Notes under the pieces: generated by a model
What the model saw: the letters and a program-made list of their open reading frames with translations, nothing else
What the model was told of the DNA's origin: nothing
Database searches by the model: none
Position numbers and translations under genes: made by a program
In this document: in pieces, positions 28,933 through 42,123 of the stretch
Position numbering within the stretch: the stretch's first letter is position 1
Layout of the letters: each line of letters opens with the position of its first letter
Source: Octopus vulgaris
Lineage: Eukaryota
Reading direction: 5' to 3'
Assembly: GCA_951406725.2 (NCBI GenBank)
Contig: OX597818.1
Coordinates: 36,270,001 to 36,334,000 of the forward strand
DNA: 64,000 nt

Positions 28933-30260
28933 CACATATACATTCATAATATGCTGAAACAACACCACCCACCGCAAAAAATATTCCATATGTAAATGTA
29001 TGTTTGTATGTGTGTTTGAGCAGGCGCGCGTTTTTGTGTGTGTGTGTTTGTGTATAAACGTGTGTGTGTGTGTGTATGTGTAGATGTATAAGTGTGTGTG
29101 TGTGTGCGTGTCAATGACATTTATTCTTAATGTACAATTATATAACTGTAGATATGCAATAATTGTCCTTGAGAATGTCAAGTCACGAGACATACAACGT
29201 TCTGCTTTTAAAATTCAGTCTTTAAAGCAGAAATCGAACATAACCAGATGTGAGATAACTGTTGTTTGGAAACTTATTGAAACTATGGTAAGGAACGGCA
29301 TCAATGATACAACATCACACTACATTATTCCTTACGGGCGAACCAGAAAACCCTTACGTTATTGTTGTTCTACAAGCTAGAAATAACGAAGTTTCTCTAC
29401 TCGTATCCTGTCAACTTAGGTATATCTAAACAAATATATCGAATACTAATATGTTGGATGGTCACGGATGGCGTGCCTCTCGTCATAACGCTGAGATTTT
29501 ACAATATTACTCCTACATCTTTAGTCGTCTCTATATGCTGCAAAATGTCCTTCAGAATGTCACTTATGTGTCACGTTGTAGTCTTCCAAGAGAGGGATAA
29601 ATATATTTCATATAGAGAGAACCCTACAGACATGGCGTATTACAGAAGTTAATCGTTGAAGTAAAGACAGGAGAGTCACATGAGGAAAACATTTTATCAT
29701 TGTTCAGCTCGTTCATGGCCCACCTAGAGATGGTGAATAACAAGCAACAACAACCAGAAATGGCGGGAGAGTTTTTTTTTGGAGTGGAGACTTTAATAAA
29801 GTTTTAATTACTAGTTGAAGTTATTTCGCTTCATTCCCCTTCTTGTATCTTTCAAAAAATTATGACGGCTGCTATACACTTCGTTCCTTGCGTGTTTTCA
29901 AATATATAGGATTTTGTCCCTTTTCCAAAAGGAATCAACAACTATAGATACAAACACACACGCACATATACACACAGAGACACTTTTATGAACACTAAAT
30001 ATACACATACTGAGTATAGAACCAAAATATAAAGACATAGAGTAAATCACATGACGGTAGCGGAAATTACTTAACTAATATGGTAGCTGATATGGCACCC
30101 CAGAGTTTTGAATTAATATCTTACTATGGGCCATCTTTTGAGTTACACAAAAAGTGCATTGAATAAATTATAAATTTGTGACAATTATTTGCAAATATTT
30201 AACTCTGTGTCCATAATAAATTATAATATAGAGCTTACATATAGTTATTCTTGTATTCTT

Positions 30261-30628
30261 TTATTACCTCCGCCTTCGCTAAAGCGGAGGTATTGTTTTC
30301 AGTCGTATTTGTTTGTATGTGGACAAGATATCTCAAGAACCACTGGATGGATTCGGATGAAACTTTCAAGGATGTTTGACCTCGTGACTGGCACGAACTG
30401 ATTAGATTTTGGGACCGATCCAGTACCGGACAAAGATTCTAGATTATTTTCCCTGTTTTTTCACTTAATTTTTTTTAGAGCAGTCGGGTTCATTTTTAGT
30501 ATTATCGTTTGCGAGAGCAGTCGAGTTTATTTCAGATATTCTCATTTAAAAAAATCCTCTCCCGATAATCGTTGAGAGGCCGTTGGTGTTGCCTTGGCGG
30601 AAGTTTGCGCTCTCTGAGTGCTCTTGTT
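30261..30628 (+). mobile_element. Helentron-associated non-autonomous element (HINE/DINE-1-like)
   Basis: 5' TTATTACCTCCGCC with a nearby inverted copy GCGGAGGTA; internal GTTT microsatellite; 3' sub-TIR GGCGGAAGT plus short hairpin GCGCTCTCTGAGTGC; T-rich flanks, no TSD. Confidence 0.75.
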
Positions 30629-30631
30629 CTT

Positions 30632-30765
30632 TTACTTGTTTCTGTCATTTGATTACAGCCATGCTGGAGCACTGACTTGAAGGGTTTTAGTCAAACTAAT
30701 CAACAACAGGACTTATTTTTAAAGCTAAGTATTTATTCTATCGCTCTCTTTTGCCGAACCGCTGA
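30632..30765 (-). mobile_element. Partial SINE (49341 family, 3' part)
   Basis: TTACTTGTTTCTGTCATTTGATTACAGCCATGCTGGAGCAC...TTGCCGAACCGCT. Confidence 0.7.
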
Positions 30766-30977
30766 TTTACAATTAAGGATATGAGCGAAAGTCGTCACTA
30801 CCTATGTTTTGACATGAAAAAGTATTCACTGTCTGCAGCCATAGGTGAAAAGAAATTTTGGTATTCAAATAAACGAACATACATATATGGACATTAATAC
30901 AAGCACGCATGCAGATGCATATAGTCACCTCTCCACCGAGCACACATATCCACATACACTCTCTGTCACGGAAACAG

Positions 30978-31012
<35 letters not shown>

Positions 31013-31275
31013 CACAAACACACGCACACACACACATACACACACACACAAGAACCCCACTTTTATTCTATGACGACAAGAAGATTAATAACGCGTTGTG
31101 GCGGATACTTCTGATGATAAAGAATTGACACTTTTATTATATAATTATATATATATACATACGTGTATATATGTATGTAAACATGTATGTATATGTTTGT
31201 GTACGTGTTTGTGGATGTCAGTTTGCGTATGGGTGTGTGTCTGTAGTCTCTCTCTATAAATGGAGAGAGTGAGGG

Positions 31276-31312
<37 letters not shown>

Positions 31313-31478
31313 TATTCATATGTGTATTTAAGTAAGTGTTTATCAAAATATCTATCTATCTATCTATCTAACTGTGTGCCTGTCTGTCTTTCTGTTTGTT
31401 TAGCCGTCTGTTTATCTTTCTCTTTCTTTCTCTCTCTCTCTCACTCACTCTCTCTCTCTCACTGTATATATATGTATG

Positions 31479-31560
<82 letters not shown>

Positions 31561-31837
31561 AATAGAAAGAAGGAAGGAATGAAAGAAAGAAACAAACAAA
31601 CAAAAGAGGAGAGAGACTGTGAGTGAGAATTGGAGAGAAATAAAGGATATAGAAAGAGAGAAAAGTGTGCGAGTCGAGTCGGCGGTAGAGAAAATTGATC
31701 ATATGATACATAAAATCGATTTTAATAGGTACAGGGGAACATTTTATAGATTTTGGCCACCTCCCCCGCTTCTTGATTGTTTTCGAAAAGTGGGTAGCAA
31801 CTACGCGTACTTGCGTATATATATATGCTCAAATGCA

Positions 31838-31885
<48 letters not shown>

Positions 31886-31900
31886 ATGTATGTGTGTGTG

Positions 31901-31940
<40 letters not shown>

Positions 31941-31941
31941 C

Positions 31942-31973
<32 letters not shown>

Positions 31974-32197
31974 ATATGTTTGTACGTAGGTGTGTCTGTG
32001 TGTTTGTGTGCAAAGAAAAGACCTTATCATAATCACAGATAATGATGCCTAACTCTGAGTTTTATCAAACCAAATGTGTTCTCTGAGGATATTGTTATAT
32101 CCCCCGCTTAATGCAATCAGCCGATTATCATTATTGACTAGGGTAAAGGGTCTGTTCCAAATGAATGTGTGCGCGCGCTATGTGTGTGTTTGTGTGG

Positions 32198-32280
<83 letters not shown>

Positions 32281-32282
<2 letters not shown>

Positions 32283-32441
32283 ATGGGCTTCTTCCAGTTT
32301 CTGTCTACCAAATCCACTCACAAGGTTTTGGTCGACCTGTGGCTATAGTAGAAGACACTTGCCCAAGATTCCACGCAGTGGGACTGAACCCGGAACCATG
32401 TAGTTGGTAAGCAAGCTACTTATCACACAACCACGCCTGTG
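32281..32441 (-). mobile_element. SINE head (49341 family)
   Basis: GGGCTTCTTCCAGTTTCTGTCTACCAAATCCACTCACAAGG...GGGACTGAACCCGGAACCATG...CACACAACCACGCCTG (tRNA-like head on the minus strand). Confidence 0.8.
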
Positions 32442-32696
32442 CATATATATATGTATGTATGTGTAAACTTTTATTTATTTCAGTCATTGGTCTGTGGCCT
32501 TACTGGGGCACAGCCTTGAAATCCTTAGCTGAAGAAATCTGTCCCAATACGTACTTTTTAAGTTTGGTGCTTAATCTATTCACTACCCATGCTCTTTTAC
32601 CGAACCTCGAATCTAATACATACATACATACATACATACATACATACATACATACATACATACATACATACATACATACATACATACATACATACT

Positions 32697-33200
32697 TAGA
32701 GAAGAGAGACTGTCACCCTGCGGATGTTAACATAAAGCTAAAGATCAGCAAAAAAGAGAATACCTACCCTGAGCTATTGAAGAATTTACAGCTACTTTAT
32801 CCAGATTACAAGTTCAGGTTTATACCTGTAGTTATTGTAGCACTGGGATATGTAACACACTGCCCAAATACTAACCTTGAGAAACTGGGTTTCTCAAAGA
32901 GAGAAAGGAAAAAGATGATTCGAAGTCTACAGATCTAAGCCATCACTTGAACTCTAAAAATCTGTAGAACTTTTCAGAAGTTTATCATTTCAGTATATAT
33001 GAGGATATACAGATATGCATGAGAAGGCATACATAAAACAAACATACAAATTTGCACGTATACATACATTAATACATACATACATACATTCAAAAATATG
33101 TTGTTGACGTTTGAATTCCAGTGAAGGAGCTTTGGAACTGGGTTAGAAACCGGCTCTTACTCTATTGGCAAGAAAACTTGAAATAAAACCGAATAATGAT
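32697..33200 (+). pseudogene. R4/Dong-like LINE 3' end (restriction-like endonuclease C-terminus + 3' UTR)
   Basis: C.PADVNIKLKISKKENTYPELLKNLQLLYPDYKFRFIPVVIVALG (ORF 32459-32938) matches the RLE tail motif (K..KY..L...IPIVIGALG); the UTR ends with AATAAA. Confidence 0.75.
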
Positions 33201-33519
33201 ATATATACATGCATGCATGACCAGTGTTTTTGCCTATGCATTATCATGTCAAGTCTCCTTATGTAAACTACCTTTCAATCATTTTAAGGTTCCTATTCGC
33301 CAATGGCGTATATCCAACGAAATTATAAGTCAATTGTAAGGAAATAAGCTGCGAGGAACAGTTATGATATATTTGTGATTTCCATGGTCTCAAATCCTTC
33401 ATTTTAAATTTGTAACATTCATTCCACAAGACTAAACTTACTTTTCATCCCTCACCCCGTGTCCGAAACAATAACGTACCTCTCAAGTACTTATATCTGC
33501 CATGAGCACTAAAACTCAT

Positions 33520-33890
33520 AAGGCCTGAGTAGAACTTGGTTTCTATTACTTATAATTGACTGAGATTACAACACTCCACCTAAACGGGATGCCCGTGCGT
33601 CTCAAGGTTAACTTCCTAGCTATTGTTCTAACTCAGTCACAGTTGAGTGGACTGGAGCAACGTGAAATAAAATGTTTTGTTCAAGAACACAATCAGCGCC
33701 TGTTCTGGGAAACAAAACCATGAAATTACGGCTGCGAATGCAACCCTCGAACGACTCCCTTACAACTGAATGAACTGAAGCAACGTGTAAATGAGGCGTT
33801 GTGCTCATGACCACAGCACGTCGCCCGGTGAAGAAATTGAAATCACGTTCGTACGACCGCTAGTGCAACACACTAACCACTAAGCCGCAC
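33520..33890 (-). mobile_element. Two degenerate CORE/V-type SINE copies
   Basis: GTGGACTGGAGCAACGTGAAAT...CAAGAACACAA and CTAACCACTAAGCC match the 3736-4016 family. Confidence 0.7.
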
Positions 33891-34175
33891 ATCTCTCAGT
33901 TATTGTGGGGTCTGTTTAATTGACCAAATCAAATTTCCAGACTTGTGACAATAATAGAAATAGTACAATAGTTAGAGTGTCGGAACAAAACTTTGCGATA
34001 TTGTCCTCAGTTGAAATCCTTTCAAGGTCAACTTCGCCTCTCAAGCTTTCGAATTCGATAAATTCGATAAAATATAGTACCAGTTAAGTATTGGATCAAT
34101 AGAATCGTAGTGTTGGTCTTGTGCCTCAATCAGAAACCATTCTTTAATATAAAATTAGCCCTGAGATGGAATGAA

Positions 34176-34574
34176 AGGATCTTTTCGGTTTGAACGGCAG
34201 TTTTTTCTAGCGGTGTCATATGAAATTGTCACCAATAATTATGATCCTAGTATTGATCTATTGCATTTCAATCTGTTTTAGGGCTAGTTAGGGTTAGGGG
34301 TGGGGGGAAGGGTATCTTTTTTTTCTTCACAAATGTAAGTAAACCCAATCTGTTTCTTAAACGAGGGACATATTCATACGGCACAGAATGATTGGTTCAA
34401 ATTGCAGAAATTGAATAAAAAAAACAACAAATATCTTACAAACTATAGAATTTTCTCAATAAAACCAAGAGGAAAAGATGTTCTATAATCACATTCTACC
34501 AGTATACGAAGTTTATAATTTTTTAGTTACCTAGAAATTATGTTAAAAACTGCCGTTCAAACGGAAAAGATCCG
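34176..34574. mobile_element. TTAGGG-MITE, copy 3
   Basis: Same TIRs and body as 1899-2333; perfect 6-bp TSD AATGAA at 34170-34175 and 34575-34580. Confidence 0.9.
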
Positions 34575-35254
34575 AATGAAGTGCTCAGGACTTCAGAGAA
34601 CACACTCAAACCAACAAGGGCACTATTCTGGTTGTTCACTATACTTTCTGGACTTCGTTGTCTGTAGTCATTACGTATCGAGTTGAATCCCCTCAGAGAC
34701 GACATCACTTTTATGTTCCACACTACGTATCTCCCACGAGTAAAAGAGACGTCGTCTGCAAGTTATTTTGACTTCATAAAAATTGCAGTCAAATTTCCAT
34801 GAGACCATACTGTCTATATATAACATCGCCCTATATTAGCATACAAGATGATATGATGGTCACGGATAGAGTGTCTTGTGATTGTAGGTCTATTGGTTTA
34901 CTCTGAACCTAAGGTTGAAACTCCAGCAATTTATGAGCAGGAAGTAAGTCAAAAAGCCGCTATTTTGAGTAGATTAGTGTTTATAAGTTTTGGCATCATA
35001 TGATTGAATCAAACATGGCTACAGACGAAAAGCGGTAGAAAAAGCAGAAAAGTTATAGAGAGGGTGAGATTGTAGTATGAAAACGAACCGCTTCAATGTA
35101 TAATTTGTAAGCTAGAATGAAGCACTTGATGTGAATATATATATCTTTTATTCTTTTACTTGTTTCAGTCATTTCACTGCGGTTATGCTGGAGCACCGCC
35201 TTTAAATGAACAAATCGACCCCAGGACTTATATACACATATATACATATATGTA

Positions 35255-35341
<87 letters not shown>

Positions 35342-35355
35342 CACACATGTATACA

Positions 35356-35403
<48 letters not shown>

Positions 35404-35719
35404 AGTGCATATGTGTATGTATGTGTGATTATTATTCATTGTTTTTTCAATAGGTAAAACTTATTGTCAAATTAAACAGCATTTAATACACTGATAATGC
35501 TGCCCAATAACGTTGCAGATACGCTGAGCTGCAAAGTAAGCTCAGATTTGCTCTGAGCTTTCAATTTAGTTTTGAGAGAGTAATTCTTAATTTTTTCAAA
35601 TTATCTCCCTTTTTTCTGCCGGAACTGTTAAAAATTGCCGCTAGGCTTAAAATTTTCTTTCTTCGAATATGACCTTCATTTCAACAAACAAAATTTTATT
35701 AACAGCATTCAGAGTATAC

Positions 35720-35780
<61 letters not shown>

Positions 35781-35868
35781 TAAATAACATCTATATATAA
35801 AGAGAGAGAGAGAGGGGGGAACATACACAGACTGCGACAAGGGGGATCCATCTCCCTCTTTCTCCTCT

Positions 35869-35917
<49 letters not shown>

Positions 35918-36279
35918 CAGAGAGAAAGAGAGAGAGAAAAGAGATAGTATGTATATGTGTGTGTGTATGTGCGCGCGCGTGTGTGTGAGTTTGAAGAGGC
36001 TAGAACGTCGGGCTTGTCATCGTGAGGCTGTGAGTTCAACACTCTGGGGGAGACACTTTATTTCAGTTTGTTCTAGTTCACTAGTGCCAAGCTGTATCGG
36101 ACTTTGCCTTCCTCTTGGACAACATCGGTGATATGCAAAGAGGAGAATGGTATGCCTGGGCGATTGCTGGTCTTCGACAAAATTGCCTTACTCAATATAG
36201 AAATTTCACGTGACTCCGTTTTTCATATTATTGCAGAGCGCAAATAAATAAGCCTTACTATTATGGAAAGGTGATACGA

Positions 36280-36306
36280 AGGAAAGAAGCGTATCAGAAC
36301 CCGTCG

Positions 36307-36337
<31 letters not shown>

Positions 36338-36750
36338 CGTGTGTGTGTGTATATATGTGTGTGTGTGTGTATATGTATGTATGTATATTTGTGTGTCCTT
36401 GTATTTTGTGTTTGTTGCCCCATTACCACTTAACAACCTTCAAGGAGGTGCACCAGCATGGCCGCTGTCAATTGACTAAAACAAGTAAAGGAATAAGAGT
36501 GAAAGAATGTATGTACGCATGTCTTTGCATCCTTGTTTGTCCCCTACCAATGCTTGACAACAGCCGCTGCTGTTCTGATTACGTCCCCATAAATTGGCGA
36601 TTCGACAAAAAGAGACCGATGGAATAAGTACCGACCTTTAAAAACGTAGAATACGTAATAAGCACTGCTGTCGATTCATTCTTCTAAAAATTATTTCTTC
36701 AATGTGGTGCCCCAGCATGGTCGCAGTCACATGAGTGAAACAAGTAAAAA
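36280..36750 (+). mobile_element. Degenerate SINE copies (49341 family, plus strand)
   Basis: CCCGTCGTATA + microsatellite + GGTGCACCAGCATGGCCGC..ACTAAAACAAGTAAA; second copy ends GGTGCCCCAGCATGGTCGCAGTC..GAAACAAGTAAA. Confidence 0.7.
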
Positions 36751-37417
36751 TTACATGCTATTCTTTGAAGCTTTTCCAATCTACACGTTCTTGAGTTGAT
36801 TCAATCAGCAACAATCCATCCTTGCATATCTGTAATTATGTGTGAATCTATAGATATGTAGGGAAGTGTTAAGGTAGTTCACCAGGAACGCTTACATTTT
36901 GAGTTCAAATACTGCTGATGTCGACTTTAAATTTCATCATTCTTACTGCCGATATAATAAGTAGAAATCAAGTACTTTATGTAATGGACTGACATCAATA
37001 GCTAAAATATGAAGATCTAGCGTTTATATTACACATCGGTCACCCGCGTTCTCTACACGCGCACATACATGCATGCACACACTCACAAACTCGTAAAAGC
37101 TTAATAAATATATTATGTTATAATAATATATTATATATTGATAAATGATAACATAATAAATTATTATTATATATACGCGCACACATACATATATATAATC
37201 TTTTATCTGATGCAAATAGCATAGTGTCAGATGAAATGCTTCAGAGAACTTATTTTCGCACTTGAGTTCGAAACATGATACAATAAATATCAATCTCATT
37301 ATAGCGGCAATTAAATCTACTATGCTTGTATGACTCAAAGCAAACTAAGCGTTTTATGCTAATCATATAGTTATATATACATATAAATACAAAAGTACAA
37401 AGATATATATATATATA

Positions 37418-38301
37418 TTAGATCATCACATAAATAATGCGGTTTTTTATACTTTTATTTTTCAAAATTGAGATAAATTTCTTTTTCCATCTAAAATATA
37501 CTCTCCTTCATTTTCTACAATGTTCTTCCATCTATCTGGTAGACTTGCAATGCTCTTCTTCCAAAATTCACTTGTCCGTGCCGAAAAATACTCCTCCAGT
37601 ACTGTTCCGACCTTGTCTACACAATTCATTTTTTCCCACGTCCAAATGATTTTGAAGACTGCGGAATAAATGATAATTAGATGGGGCAATATCCGTCAAA
37701 TACAATGGATGAGGCATTTCTCATTCCAATTGCTTCAGCCTTTGGAATATCATCCTCGCTGTGTGTGGCCGAGCATAGAGACTCGGAAATTTTGTGAGGA
37801 ACCCATTGATCCAATTTGCTGACTCTTCCGATGGCCCGCAGTTATAGATGAATGATTGAATGATCAAATCCAAGTAATCTGCTAGTTCCTCCTAAGTTAC
37901 GATGATAATTTTGTTCCACCCGGATTTGGAGGACGTCCTCGTAGAGTTCTACAGATCTTCCAGGGCGAGGCTTGTCTTCTAGGCTGTAGTTGTATCACGC
38001 TTATTGTCCGATTTCCATAGACTGCATTTAAATATTCCTCGCACTTTCCGTTGCGTTGTTGCCTTTATTGAACTCATAAAGCAAAATATGCTGAATATGC
38101 TCCTTTGTTACTTTTATTATAGCTTTGAAAATAATAACTGTTTAAAATCGAAATGCACTCTTCAGAATTGCACTAAGAATCAGGACAAGGGAAAATTACT
38201 TCCTGCTTTTATAGCAAGTTGAAGCAAGCAGTCTATGCCGTCCCACTCTGACTTTTATTTCATGCAATTGAAAGCAAAGCATTATTTATAGGATGAACCA
38301 C
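37418..38301 (-). mobile_element. Internally deleted mariner transposon
   Basis: TIRs TTAGATCATCACATAAATAATGC / GCATTATTTATAGGATGAACCA with TA flanks; minus-strand IAPSNYHLFRSLQNHL and FWKKSIASLPDRWKNIVENEGEY (mariner C-terminus). Confidence 0.85.
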
Positions 38302-38700
38302 TATATATATATATATATATTGTACCGCCTGATAAGGATTTTAGTCGAATAAATCGACGCCAGGATTAATTTTTTTAGGCCTATTACTTATTGTATCAGT
38401 CTCTTTACGGGGATACAATAAGTAATTTACAAGGACGTAAACACACCAACACCGTTTTTCAAGCGGTGGTGGGTGACAAACACAGACACAAAGCACTCAC
38501 CCACAGATATACAAATATATATATATATATATATATATACTTTATTTAAAGCATATTACTCTACCACTGGTATTTGAGTACTCTTTTTTCCACCTTGTTT
38601 CACATTTATGTGTTTACTCCGGTATATATATATATATACTCACGACAAGCTTCTTTCAGTTTCCGTCTTTCACTTGTCTTCTTTTTTTGTGTACCTTTGA

Positions 38701-38747
<47 letters not shown>

Positions 38748-38752
38748 TATAT

Positions 38753-38945
38753 AAATTTGTTAAAAAGGAAAACAAACATCAAGGCAAACATTTCATGTCA
38801 TATATGTTATAATTATTAAAAATTATTAGGCAATTAAAAATTTCCTTAAAAAACTACCGAAAATTGCCTAATAATTTTTAATAATAATAACATACATGAT
38901 TTGAGATGTCTTGCCTTGCTGTTTGTTTTCCTTTCCAACAAATTT
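38753..38945. repeat. ~190-bp palindrome (fold-back)
   Basis: AAATTTGTT..AAAGGAAAACAAACA.CAAGGCAA..TTATTAAAAATTATTAGGCAATT is the reverse complement of the right half. Confidence 0.85.
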
Positions 38946-39090
38946 CTATCAGCTCTATCGGAATTCTACAATAGTTTCTAGTTCCATGGTTCCATAACTC
39001 TTGTCGCGGTCACGAGCTTGGAACCCTGGTAATTCGTTTCAGAACTTACCCAGCATCACTATCCGATTAGGTCACCTGTGAACTAAACCC

Positions 39091-39124
<34 letters not shown>

Positions 39125-39131
<7 letters not shown>

Positions 39132-39447
39132 GTGAAAAGAATGGAGTTGAACGACGAATTAACAAAATTCCTTTATTCTCGACATATGTTTCGAAGGGTG
39201 CATATTCCTAATTTCGAAGGAATAAGGGGTGCATTATGCCGCCTTCTCATCAGGAAAAACAAGGAACTTATGTCAGCATCAAGATGTATTTATTCGTATT
39301 TAAAAAAACACACAAATTTCCACACGAAAGCACGTGATCTCTACCCTTGGCATGTAGCTTCAACCGTGTTTTTCTGACGTGAATTTGCTACCCAGGTATC
39401 GGTTAACCGAATTACCCATAATAAGATAATTCATTCAACTACTCAAA
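39125..39447 (-). mobile_element. Penelope-like pseudo-LTR fragment inserted in (TA)n
   Basis: (TA)n on both sides; contains a hammerhead core followed by AATAAA, the typical arrangement of Penelope terminal repeats (family assignment inferred). Confidence 0.65.
39176..39260 (-). ncRNA. Minimal type I hammerhead ribozyme motif
   Basis: Minus strand GTTTTTC-CTGATGA-GAAGG...CCTTC-GAAA-CATATGTC-GAGAA: intact CUGAUGA/GAAA/GUC core, stem II GAAGG:CCTTC, palindromic stem III ACATATGT, stem I TTTTC:GAGAA. Confidence 0.75.
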
Positions 39448-39529
39448 TATATATATATATATATATATGATGTTTAAGACAGAGATGTTGGTGATGAAAA
39501 TGATGATGATGATGTTGATAGTAGTAATC

Positions 39530-39960
39530 CTTTAAGCTATTGGCACAATGACTGAAATGTTTTAGAGTAGGGCGAGTAGTCTCTTACATCGATCTCTGTG
39601 TTCCTATTTAATCGACCCATAAAGAATGAAAGAAGTCAGCCTCAACAATAATTGAACTCAGAAAGTAAAGATCCGGAAGAGAAGCCGCTAAGCATTTTGT
39701 CCGATGCTGTAACGATTCTGCCAGCTCGCCGCCTTCAATTAAAATGATCTTTTCTAGTATAGACATACGGCCTGGAATTTGGAGGGAGTAGTCTAATCGA
39801 TTATATCGACTCCAGTGTTTCACTGGTACTTAATTTATCGATCCTGATAGGCTGAAAGGCAAAGTCGACCTCGGCGTAATTTGAACTGATAACGTAGCGA
39901 CGGACGAAATCCCGCAAAACATTTCGTCCAGTATGCTAACGATTCTGCCAGCTAGCTGCC

Positions 39961-39962
<2 letters not shown>
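39530..39962 (-). mobile_element. Two tandem Meta-domain-like SINEs
   Basis: Each ends on the plus strand with AACGATTCTGCCAGCT..GCCTT and has the AAAGTCRRCCTC..AATT(T)GAACT core. Confidence 0.8.
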
Positions 39963-40022
<60 letters not shown>

Positions 40023-40023
<1 letters not shown>

Positions 40024-40367
40024 GAAGTAGTGGGGGAGCATCATAGCCATGTGTTGAGAGGGATTCTTTGGGGTTTGAATAATTCACTTCTGGAAACATG
40101 GGTGTTTCATTCAACATCCTTAAACAATCCTTATTTAGGGACCTTTTGAGCGGGATAGGCTACTCGACTAGAAGAAAATTCTAACTGAGCCCTACTTGCA
40201 AGGTCATGCGCTGTTTATCTTAATATGAGATCCCCATGTCGCGCACATATGGCTGTGATGCATGTGCCTGGTGCACCCTTATCAGACGGGTAGTCATGAT
40301 GGGTATACTGGGCTTCGTATATTTTACCCCAGTGTCATTTTGATGGCATGCACTGCTCTCTCACTCA
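40023..40367 (+). mobile_element. Retroelement 3' end inserted in (TAA)n (probably Dong/R4-like)
   Basis: Complex 345-bp block flanked on both sides by (AAT)n; Dong-type R4 elements are known to target TAA repeats; no ORF left, so the identity is inferred. Confidence 0.5.
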
Positions 40368-40399
40368 ATAATAATAATAACAACAATAATGATAGTTTC

Positions 40400-40607
40400 A
40401 AAATTTTCCCCAGGTGTAGCAGTTTTGAGGGAGGGGAGGTGTCGATTACATCAACCCCAATGCATAACTGGTACTTAATTTATCGGCCCCGAAACGATGA
40501 CAAACAAACTGGACCTAGGCGGAATTTGAACTCAGGACGTAGCGACGGGTGACATACTGGTAAGCATTTCGTTCAGCGTGCTAACGATTCTGCCCGCTCA
40601 CCACCTT
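40400..40607 (-). mobile_element. Meta-domain-like SINE
   Basis: GTCGATTACATCAACCCC..ACTGGTACTTAATTTATCG..GGCGGAATTTGAACTCAG..GCTAACGATTCTGCC. Confidence 0.8.
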
Positions 40608-40644
40608 AATAATAATGATAATATTAATAATAATAATAATAATG

Positions 40645-40700
<56 letters not shown>

Positions 40701-40707
40701 GATGATG

Positions 40708-40775
<68 letters not shown>

Positions 40776-40851
40776 GATGATAATAATAATAATAATAATA
40801 TTAATAATAAAGATGATGATGATAATAATAATAATAATAATAGTAATAAAG

Positions 40852-40888
<37 letters not shown>

Positions 40889-40896
40889 AGATGATG

Positions 40897-40954
<58 letters not shown>

Positions 40955-41070
40955 AGATGATGATGATGATAATAATAATAATAATAGTAATGAAGAAGAT
41001 TTTAATAATGATGATGATGATGATGATAAGAAGAAGAATAAAAAAATAATGATGATAATAATAATAATAA
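40608..41070. repeat. (AAT)n/(GAT)n tract, ~460 bp
   Basis: Read directly; explains the poly-Asn ORF. Confidence 0.95.
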
Positions 41071-41268
41071 TTTTTGCTATTTATATACTTTTTAATTGTA
41101 TATTTATATGTATGTATGTATGTATGTATTTGTGTCCGTGCGTGTTTGAGTTCTATGTGTGTCAATGTGAGTGTGTGTGTGTGCGTGAGTGCGTGCACGT
41201 GTGTGTGTGTATGTGTGTGTGTTCGTGCGTGTGTGTGTGTGTGTGTGTGCCGACATATGCAGACTTAC

Positions 41269-41397
41269 ATTTGTGCCGGCGAACAGATCTATATTGGTAT
41301 TTTTCAAGCGCGTGACTTTCTGCCGTTGTCTCTGAGTGAAAGTGAAAGTGAACGATTCTGCGTGTGTGTGTTTGTGTGCATGTCTGTGCAGTAAACT
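41269..41397 (-). promoter_or_regulatory. Candidate non-coding first exon / TSS
   Basis: Inr-like TCAGTT (A at 41397), upstream CGCGCG, perfect donor AAT|GTAAGT at 41269/41268; motif evidence only. Confidence 0.3.
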
Positions 41398-41573
41398 GAC
41401 AGTGTGACTGTGTGTCTGTGTGTCTGTACGAGTGTGTGATTTGCGCGCGCGGTTGTGGGACAATCTGCACTAGATCTTTCTTATATAATTTGAGACGAAT
41501 GCAAGAATCTATTGTCCGATAAAGGTGAAGATAGATAGCTAAGCTCATTACTGTACACACACAGACACACACA

Positions 41574-41617
<44 letters not shown>

Positions 41618-41727
41618 TATATGCACTCAATTATATATATATATATATATATATATATCATATTATATTGAATTATTAAATTATATTTTATACATATATC
41701 TATTTTACTTATATATATATAATATAC

Positions 41728-41768
<41 letters not shown>

Positions 41769-42089
41769 TATATGTACATATATATTACATATACATACAT
41801 ACATATATATATATATACATATATATGCATACACATAAATGTAAATATATATATATGCACATACACACACACGCACACGTACACACACACACACGCACAC
41901 ACGTAAATACATGTATTTATATGCTGATGCAGGTACGCACAAACATACGCATATATTTTTGTGTATCTCAAAATATATATATATATACACACACACATTC
42001 ACACACACACACACACATTCACACACACACACATACACACGCATGCACGAACATACATACACACACAAGCTCAGACGCCAAAACACACC

Positions 42090-42123
<34 letters not shown>

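Noticed and set aside
40578-41315. 245-aa Asn-rich ORF
   Set aside because: Starts within a SINE and reads through (AAT)n and (GT)n microsatellites.
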